Source: Chloroflexota bacterium (GTDB lineage Bacteria > Chloroflexota > Limnocylindria > QHBO01). From it: a stretch of DNA of 57,851 bases. Under the pieces are notes generated by a model. The model saw nothing but the letters and a program-made list of their open reading frames with translations, made no database searches and had not been told where the DNA came from. The stretch lies in contig JBDUEE010000024.1 in assembly GCA_040002615.1 (NCBI GenBank), positions 1-57,851 on the forward strand. Reading direction: 5' to 3'. Of this stretch, positions 52,300 through 57,851 are shown piece by piece (the first letter of the stretch is position 1; every line of letters starts with the position of its first letter). The translations under genes were made by a program, and so were the position numbers.

Positions 52300-53445
52300 A
52301 TGGGGACAATGGACTTGCTGCGATCGCGGACGACCATCGTCGTCGCCGCAGCCGTCCTCCTGATCGCGATCGTGGGGGCGGGCTGGCTGGCGTTCCGTGG
52401 ATCCCCAACTCCCACGCCGCAGCCCAGCCTTCAATCGACCATCACACCGTCGGCCTCGCCCAGCCCGACCCCCGTCCCCACGCCCATCCCCTCCATCACG
52501 CCCGAACCCGAGGCGCGCTGCCCGTTGAACGGCCTGGCCATGGCCAACCCGAACCGCCTGGACTTCCCCGCCTTGGCAGTGCAGATCGAGAACCACCCAT
52601 TGGCCAGGCCGGTCACGAACCTTGGCCGTGCCGACATGGTGGTCGAAGCCACCGTCGAGGGTGACGTGACGCGCTACACCGGCATCTATCTCTGCCGCAA
52701 GGTTGAGGGGCTGGTCGGACCGGTCCGCTCCGGCCGCTATTACAGCATCGACCTGTGGCAGGACCTGCACGTGCTCCCCTTCTTCTTCGGGGCCGAGACC
52801 GAGGGTATTCATCGCTATAAGCGGGCGCGGATGCCGTACGTGAATGGGATCCATGGCCACTGGCCGTACTTCTATCGATCCAGCGAGCGGCCGGCCCCAC
52901 ATAACCTGTACGCCAACCTGCGGCTGGTCCACAACGACTTCGGACGCAACGCCCGGCTCGATCAGCTGGCGAAGCGTGTCGGCAAGCTCCGGCCGAGCCT
53001 GAAGTTCAGTGAGGACGCGAAGCTGCCTCGCGGCCGTCGGGTGCACCGCGTCCAGCTCTGGACCAACAGCTACTGGAACTTCGGCTGGGAATGGGACGGA
53101 AAGCTCCAGGCGTGGAGACGCAACGAGGCCGGAATTGACCATGTCGATGCAGGCACCCACCGTGTGCTGGCAGCAACCAGCGTCCTGGTGCAGTACGTGC
53201 GCGAGGACATCGTCTATGCCGGCTCAGATCCGGGAGGATTCCCTCGGCGCTACCATCACCTGGTTGGACACGGCAAAGCCACGCTGTACGTTGGCGGAAG
53301 GGCCATCGCCGTGCACTGGTCGCGCAGGACGAAGAACGCCCCGACCCATTGGACCTATGTCCATGGCGGCGAGCGCGTCGTCCTGCGGCCAGGCGTGGTG
53401 TGGTGGGAGATCCTGCCGGTTTACACCACGGCCAGGGAGCACTAG
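52300..53445 (+). CDS. DUF3048-family secreted/lipoprotein-like protein
   Basis: 381 aa. N-terminal TM/signal segment (IVVAAAVLLIAIVGAGWLAF), then a Pro/Ser/Thr linker, then a core with PVTNLGRADMVVEATVEGDVTRYTGIY and RSGRYYS, typical of DUF3048. Confidence 0.65.
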   Translation: MGTMDLLRSRTTIVVAAAVLLIAIVGAGWLAFRGSPTPTPQPSLQSTITPSASPSPTPVPTPIPSITPEPEARCPLNGLAMANPNRLDFPALAVQIENHPLARPVTNLGRADMVVEATVEGDVTRYTGIYLCRKVEGLVGPVRSGRYYSIDLWQDLHVLPFFFGAETEGIHRYKRARMPYVNGIHGHWPYFYRSSERPAPHNLYANLRLVHNDFGRNARLDQLAKRVGKLRPSLKFSEDAKLPRGRRVHRVQLWTNSYWNFGWEWDGKLQAWRRNEAGIDHVDAGTHRVLAATSVLVQYVREDIVYAGSDPGGFPRRYHHLVGHGKATLYVGGRAIAVHWSRRTKNAPTHWTYVHGGERVVLRPGVVWWEILPVYTTAREH

Positions 53446-53458
53446 CCCGAGCGACGGC

Positions 53459-55042
53459 TCAATTTCCGCCGTCGCCGTTCGGCCGCGTCGGCGACAGGAA
53501 GGCATCCATGGCGCGCCGGATCTGGTGGTCCGGATCCATGTTGCGGCGGGCAGCGGCAATCTGGCGTCGCACCACCGTTGGATCCGCCTCCTCGTCGCCG
53601 AATCCCTCGTGCGGCTTGGCTGAGGCCATCACCGGCACGACCGGCGGGGGGGGCTCGACCCGGGGCTTCGGCTCGACGCTGAACGTCGCGCGCTCCGTGG
53701 CGACCGGCGTGGGCGGAACCTCGATCACCGGAGCCACGTCCACCGGCGGCTGCGGGGCCATCGCCTCAGTGAAAGCATGTGGAATGTCGGACGGCGGACT
53801 GAACGGTAGGCGGCGTGGGCGCGGATTGCCACTCACCTGGTTCTTGCCGAGTGATTTGGCCTGGTACATGGCCCGATCGGCGGCGATCATCAGTTCTTCG
53901 GCGCTGGTCCCGTCCTCCGGGCACGAGACAAGCCCGATGCTGACGCTGGTCAGCAGCTCCCCACCTCCGGCGGCCAATCCCATCTCCTCGGTGCCTGAGC
54001 GGATCTTCTCGGCGACCACGAAGGCGCCGGCAAAGTCGGTCTCCGGCAGGAGCACCAGGAACTCGTCCCCGCCATAGCGGTAGGCGGTGTCGACCAGGCG
54101 GATCGAGTGGCGGATGACCCCGCCCAGGAGGCGCAGCACCTCGTCGCCGCGGTGGTGGCCGTACGAGTCGTTCACGGCCTTCAGCCCGTCCAGGTCGATC
54201 ATCAGCAGGCAGAATCCACGCTCACTGCGCCGGGTGCGCTGGACCTCCTGCTCCAGGGTCGGAAAGAGCTGGCTGCGGTTGTAGAGGCCGGTCAGCGCGT
54301 CCGTACGCGACATCTGCAGCACGGTAGCCCGCATCCGGCGCTCGCCGGACGCGAAGACGCCGGCCACGTAGGCGAGCAGCCAGATGGAGCCGATCTGCAG
54401 GCCGAAGCGCAGGAGATCGGCGGTGGCATAGCCACCGAAGGCAGGATCCAGGCCCAGCACGCCAAGGTAGGCGAGCGTGGCCAGCATGGCGACCACCAGG
54501 GCGACAAGCCCGCCCAGCGCCAGGGCGACCGCCACCGCCACCAGGTTGTAGCCGAACACGAACGGCGAGGCGCCGAAGCCGGTGAGCGTGAGCAGCGCCG
54601 TGGTCAGGCCAATCGCCAGCAGCACCTCGAACGCGACGACCGGTCCGGATCGCAGGCGATCCGGGATCAGGTCATGCAGCAGCACGACGGCGCCGACCGC
54701 GACCGCGCCCAGCGCATAGATCGCTGCCTGGGTCGCGTCGTATGCGTCCGACAGGCCGACGCCGATCAGCACGGCAGCAATCGAGACCCACCACAGGACG
54801 CGGACGGCAGTGGCATACGACCCGCGGCCACGACGCTCAAGGGCAGCGGTGTCGACGTCGTACTTATCGGGCTGGACAACCGCCTCGCGCTCGTCCTCGA
54901 GCGGACCGACGCCGGCTGCCAGGATGCGCCGCGCACGGAATGCGGCCACCGCAGCGCCCGCCCCCAGCAGGACGGCTACGGCGGCGCTGACGAAGAGGAA
55001 GGTGAGTTCTGGTGGCACTTCGTCCTGGTGGCGGATGGGCAC
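53459..55042 (-). CDS. Membrane-bound diguanylate cyclase (GGDEF domain) with proline-rich C-terminal tail
   Basis: 527 aa. About 6 N-terminal TM segments. The GGDEF domain has DALTGLYNR, LLMIDLDGLKAVNDSYGHHRGD and RYGGDEFLVLL. The last roughly 150 aa are low-complexity and Pro-rich. Confidence 0.85.
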   Translation of the reverse strand: MPIRHQDEVPPELTFLFVSAAVAVLLGAGAAVAAFRARRILAAGVGPLEDEREAVVQPDKYDVDTAALERRGRGSYATAVRVLWWVSIAAVLIGVGLSDAYDATQAAIYALGAVAVGAVVLLHDLIPDRLRSGPVVAFEVLLAIGLTTALLTLTGFGASPFVFGYNLVAVAVALALGGLVALVVAMLATLAYLGVLGLDPAFGGYATADLLRFGLQIGSIWLLAYVAGVFASGERRMRATVLQMSRTDALTGLYNRSQLFPTLEQEVQRTRRSERGFCLLMIDLDGLKAVNDSYGHHRGDEVLRLLGGVIRHSIRLVDTAYRYGGDEFLVLLPETDFAGAFVVAEKIRSGTEEMGLAAGGGELLTSVSIGLVSCPEDGTSAEELMIAADRAMYQAKSLGKNQVSGNPRPRRLPFSPPSDIPHAFTEAMAPQPPVDVAPVIEVPPTPVATERATFSVEPKPRVEPPPPVVPVMASAKPHEGFGDEEADPTVVRRQIAAARRNMDPDHQIRRAMDAFLSPTRPNGDGGN

Positions 55043-55206
55043 AAATTCGGCAGGCAGCTGCTCGGAGCCGAGCCGGGGTAGTCTAAGGGTCCCAGCGGCG
55101 GGGGTGCAAAGGTACTAGCACACCGAACCCAACCGTAGTACCCACGGCGTGGCTCGCCGTCACCACAATCCGCTCATGCCCTGCTCGCAGGCCGAGCGAG
55201 TCCCGA

Positions 55207-55215
55207 TGCTAGAAT
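55207..55215 (+). promoter_or_regulatory. Candidate extended -10 promoter element TGCTAGAAT upstream of the LCP gene
   Basis: TGnTAnAAT-type match 19-27 nt upstream of the ATG at 55234, within the divergent GGDEF/LCP intergenic region. I saw no convincing -35 element. Confidence 0.25.
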
Positions 55216-55233
55216 GCCGATCCCGCCCGCCGA

Positions 55234-56751
55234 ATGTTGATACTCGTGCGCGGAAATCCTGGTGCAATGATCGATCGTCCGAGCTCCCGTCATCCGGCGC
55301 TCGCCGCTTTCTTGTCATTCCTCTTCCCGGGGCTGGGGCAGGCGTATGCCGGCAACCCGCGGCTGGCATCGATGTTCGCGCTGCCGGTCGTGGCGCTGAT
55401 CCTGGCCGGCATCATCGCGGCCGTGCTGGGTGGCCGCCAAACGCTGAACAGCCTCCTGTCGGCCTCATTCCTGACCGCGCTGATCGCGTTGGACGTGGCG
55501 CTGATGGCCTGGCGTCTGTTCGCCATCGCCGAGGTCGGACTCACCGCACCTCCGCCGGCGCCCGCGCCAGTGCCCGCCGGCGAGGTCACGATCAGCTCAA
55601 ACCGATCGGCGCCGGCACGCAGGGTCGGCAGCCTGGTTGTGGTGGCCGTCCTGCTGCTGGCCACGGTGGGCATGCATGCGTGGGCTGGTCTGCTCATCGG
55701 TCAGCTCAACACCACGCTGAATGATGTGTTCTCGGGCGGCGGCCACGGAGCCCCTCCTCCGGGAGGGCAGAACGGCGGACCGCTGAACGTGCCGGAGTAT
55801 GCATGGGACGGGACCCACCGGATCAACTTCCTGCTCCTCGGGATCGATGCCGGTGGTAACCGCAAGGAGTCCCTGACCGACACGATCCTGGCGGTAAGCG
55901 TCGACCCGGTCAGCAACACGGCGGTGATGATCTCGGTGCCGCGCGACACCAGCTTCGTGCCCCTGCCGGACCGAAGCGTGTATCCCGATGGGATCTATCC
56001 GAACAAGATCAATGCCCTGACGACCGAGGCCGGCGAAGACCCCGCGCGCTGGTGTCCGGACCTGGCCGCCGATGAAGGTGAGGCCTGCGGCCTGCGCACG
56101 CTGGAGCGCAGCGTCGGCCTGTACCTGGGCATCCCGATCCAGTACTACGCCACGATCGACCTGGAGGGATTCACGGAGCTGATCGACGCAGTCGGCGGAC
56201 TGACGCTCTGCCTGCCCGGCAAGCTGGTCGATCCCACCTACAGCGGGCCTGGCGACACTTGGGGCCATCGACGCGGCGTGGAGCTCGACGCCGGCTGCAT
56301 GCACTACGACGGTGTCTACGCGCTGGCCTATGCGCGGGCGCGCAAGGGCTGGATCGAGCTTCCGGACGGCACGGTGCAGCAGCAGGACGACTTCAAGAGG
56401 GCCGATCGTCAGCAGAAGCTGCTGCTGGTGCTGCGCGATGAGTTCGCTCAGCTTGATCTCTTGTTTGGGCTGCGCGACATGCTGGCCGCAATGGGCTCGA
56501 CGGTCGCCACGGACTTTCCACGCAGCCAGGCCGGCGACTTGGCCTCCCTGCTGCCGCTGATCACCAACCCGGACATCAATCGAGTGGTGCTCGACCTGCC
56601 GACCTTCGTCGACCCACCCGTCGACCCGCTGGCGAGCTACAAGCTGATTCCACGACGCGACAATATCCGCGCCAAGATGGAGCGCCTGTTCGGGCGCGAG
56701 AACCTCGAGGGCTGGTATATGGCCAGCAAGGCCGAGGGGCCGCAGGACTAA
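55234..56751 (+). CDS. LytR-CpsA-Psr (LCP) family glycopolymer-cell wall ligase
   Basis: 505 aa. N-terminal membrane region (LSFLFPGLGQAYAGN...). LCP core FLLLGIDAGGNRKESLTDTILAVSVDP and SVPRDT. An alternative ATG lies at 55267. Confidence 0.85.
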   Translation: MLILVRGNPGAMIDRPSSRHPALAAFLSFLFPGLGQAYAGNPRLASMFALPVVALILAGIIAAVLGGRQTLNSLLSASFLTALIALDVALMAWRLFAIAEVGLTAPPPAPAPVPAGEVTISSNRSAPARRVGSLVVVAVLLLATVGMHAWAGLLIGQLNTTLNDVFSGGGHGAPPPGGQNGGPLNVPEYAWDGTHRINFLLLGIDAGGNRKESLTDTILAVSVDPVSNTAVMISVPRDTSFVPLPDRSVYPDGIYPNKINALTTEAGEDPARWCPDLAADEGEACGLRTLERSVGLYLGIPIQYYATIDLEGFTELIDAVGGLTLCLPGKLVDPTYSGPGDTWGHRRGVELDAGCMHYDGVYALAYARARKGWIELPDGTVQQQDDFKRADRQQKLLLVLRDEFAQLDLLFGLRDMLAAMGSTVATDFPRSQAGDLASLLPLITNPDINRVVLDLPTFVDPPVDPLASYKLIPRRDNIRAKMERLFGRENLEGWYMASKAEGPQD

Positions 56752-57725
56752 CGGGTCGCGGCCGCCAGCCACACGGCCGCCAGGCCAAACAGCGCCGACA
56801 CCACCCACAACACGAACGTCACCTGGCGCTGGCCAAGCCCTCGAGCCAGCAGGCGATGGTGCACATGGCGCTTATCGGGCAGGAACACCGGGTGCCCGGC
56901 GGCGAGCCGGCGGACAATCACGCGACCCGTGTCCGCCAGCGGCAGGGCCAGCACCAGCAGCGGGATCCATGGCGCCATGCCAATTCGTCCGGCCTGGGTC
57001 AGGCTGATCGCCACCGCGGCCAGCAGAAATCCGAGCAGCATCGAGCCCGCGTCGCCCATGATGATCGAGGACGGCGGCAGGTTGAAGCGCAGGAAGCCCA
57101 GTACGCCACCTGCCGCCGCAGCCAGCACCGGCAGGATCGGGTCGGCGCTGCCGTGGATCAGGGCGATGGCGAAGAACGCCGCGATGCCGATCAGTGCCAC
57201 CCCGGACGCCAGGCCATCCAGCCCGTCGATCAGGTTCAGGGCATTGATGACGCCCACGATCCAGAACACCGTCACCGGCAGCGACCAGATGCCCAGCGCA
57301 ACGGAGCCCCAGGGCCCGTCCAGCCGATCGATCGACAGGCCCAACCCGTAGGCCACCAGCGCGATGACCAGCTGAGCCGACAGCTTGACCCTCGCGCGCA
57401 TGCCCTGCAGGTCATCCATCAGCCCCACGCCGGCGATCAGCGCCACGCCGACCAGGATTGCCGGCAAGTGGCCGGACTCGAGGCCGAGGCGGCGGCCGAC
57501 AAGGCGAGCCACGACCAGTGCGATCGCCATGCCCAGGTAGAACGCCGCGCCGATCGCGAAGCCTCCCAGCCGGGGCACCGGCACTTCACGCACCTTCCGC
57601 TCCTCCGGAAGATCCAGCAGACCGGCCCCGCGCGCGATGCCTCGCACCACCGGCGTCATCAGGATGGCCGCGGCGAACGCCACCACGAAGGCGGTCAGCG
57701 AGACCACGCCCACTGGCCTCCACAA
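56748..57725 (-). CDS. Polyprenyl-phosphate HexNAc-1-phosphate transferase (MraY/WecA family)
   Basis: 325 aa and polytopic. Signature VINALNLIDGLDGLASG. It belongs to the WecA/TagO-like size class. Confidence 0.8.
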   Translation of the reverse strand: MWRPVGVVSLTAFVVAFAAAILMTPVVRGIARGAGLLDLPEERKVREVPVPRLGGFAIGAAFYLGMAIALVVARLVGRRLGLESGHLPAILVGVALIAGVGLMDDLQGMRARVKLSAQLVIALVAYGLGLSIDRLDGPWGSVALGIWSLPVTVFWIVGVINALNLIDGLDGLASGVALIGIAAFFAIALIHGSADPILPVLAAAAGGVLGFLRFNLPPSSIIMGDAGSMLLGFLLAAVAISLTQAGRIGMAPWIPLLVLALPLADTGRVIVRRLAAGHPVFLPDKRHVHHRLLARGLGQRQVTFVLWVVSALFGLAAVWLAAATR

Positions 57726-57791
57726 CGGGGCGCGGATCTCGGCCAGCTCGGGCTCATGGGCTCCTCTATGTGTCCGGCTGAGCGATGCGAG

Positions 57792-57851
57792 TGGTCGGGG
57801 CGACTGGATTCGAACCAGCGACCTCCTGCTCCCAAAGCAGGTGCGCTACCA
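57792..57851 (-). tRNA. tRNA-Pro (anticodon UGG), partial: the 5' part lies beyond the window edge
   Basis: The reverse complement reads ...TGGTAGCGCA-CCTGC-TTTGGGA-GCAGG-AGGTC-GCTGG-TTCGAAT-CCAGT-CGCCCCG-A-CCA. The anticodon stem is 5 bp. The loop has U33, anticodon TGG and G37. There is a T-arm with TTCGAAT, an acceptor 3' strand, discriminator A and an encoded CCA. Confidence 0.85.

Noticed and set aside
1-57851. I searched by eye for CRISPR arrays, transposases, integrases, phage genes, toxin-antitoxin pairs and restriction or other defence genes.
   Set aside because: I found no short regularly spaced repeats and no ORF with transposase (DDE), integrase (tyrosine or serine recombinase) or defence-related motifs. 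The only sizeable repeats are the two intragenic or segmental duplications reported above.
57792-57851. I considered tRNA-Pro at the window edge as a possible integration site marking the glycan island as a mobile genomic island.
   Set aside because: About 9 kb of ordinary housekeeping genes (glnA, a PLP enzyme and others) separate the tRNA from the island. No integrase and no direct repeat of the tRNA 3' end is visible. By eye, the island's composition looks like that of the flanks.

Overview
This is a very GC-rich bacterial chromosomal segment. Third codon positions are almost always G/C, so antisense and alternate frames carry long spurious ORFs. The lineage is probably a high-GC Actinomycetota- or Chloroflexota-like organism, but that is inference only.

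I call 46 intact protein genes, one decayed gene remnant and one partial tRNA-Pro(UGG).

**Flanks (housekeeping).** The left flank has a GT-C membrane glycosyltransferase, a cupredoxin, an FAD monooxygenase, an MBL-fold hydrolase and serA. The right flank has glnA, a PucR-type regulator, a Cys/Met PLP enzyme, a DUF3048 protein, a GGDEF cyclase, an LCP ligase, a WecA-like transferase and tRNA-Pro.

**Centre (about 6.7-48.4 kb).** This is one large cell-surface glycan island containing:
- a WbaP-type priming transferase;
- sat-cysC for PAPS synthesis;
- an NrnA-like DHH/DHHA1 phosphatase (candidate pAp phosphatase);
- two tandem GT-C (GT39-like) paralogues sharing a 594-bp near-identical block;
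- a fusion of a GtrA domain with an HprK-like P-loop domain;
- Ugd and an AlgD-like dehydrogenase;
- a secreted parallel beta-helix protein;
- three GT4 enzymes and one GT2 enzyme;
- Wzx and two Wzy/O-antigen-ligase-like proteins;
- two Acyl_transf_3-SGNH O-acyltransferases, lying in a segmental duplication that left a dehydrogenase pseudogene;
- an inorganic pyrophosphatase;
- a complete legionaminic-acid-type nonulosonic acid pathway (neuA/B/C/D-like genes plus a dehydratase and an aminotransferase);
- six cytoplasmic sulfotransferases, five of the PKxGTT type and one of the PRTGSS type.

**Main hypothesis.** The island makes a multiply sulfated, O-acetylated polymer containing uronic acid and nonulosonic acid, resembling a glycosaminoglycan. 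It carries its own module for PAPS supply and by-product removal.

No CRISPR array, transposase, integrase or phage gene was seen. All functional calls rest on motifs read by eye. No database search was run.
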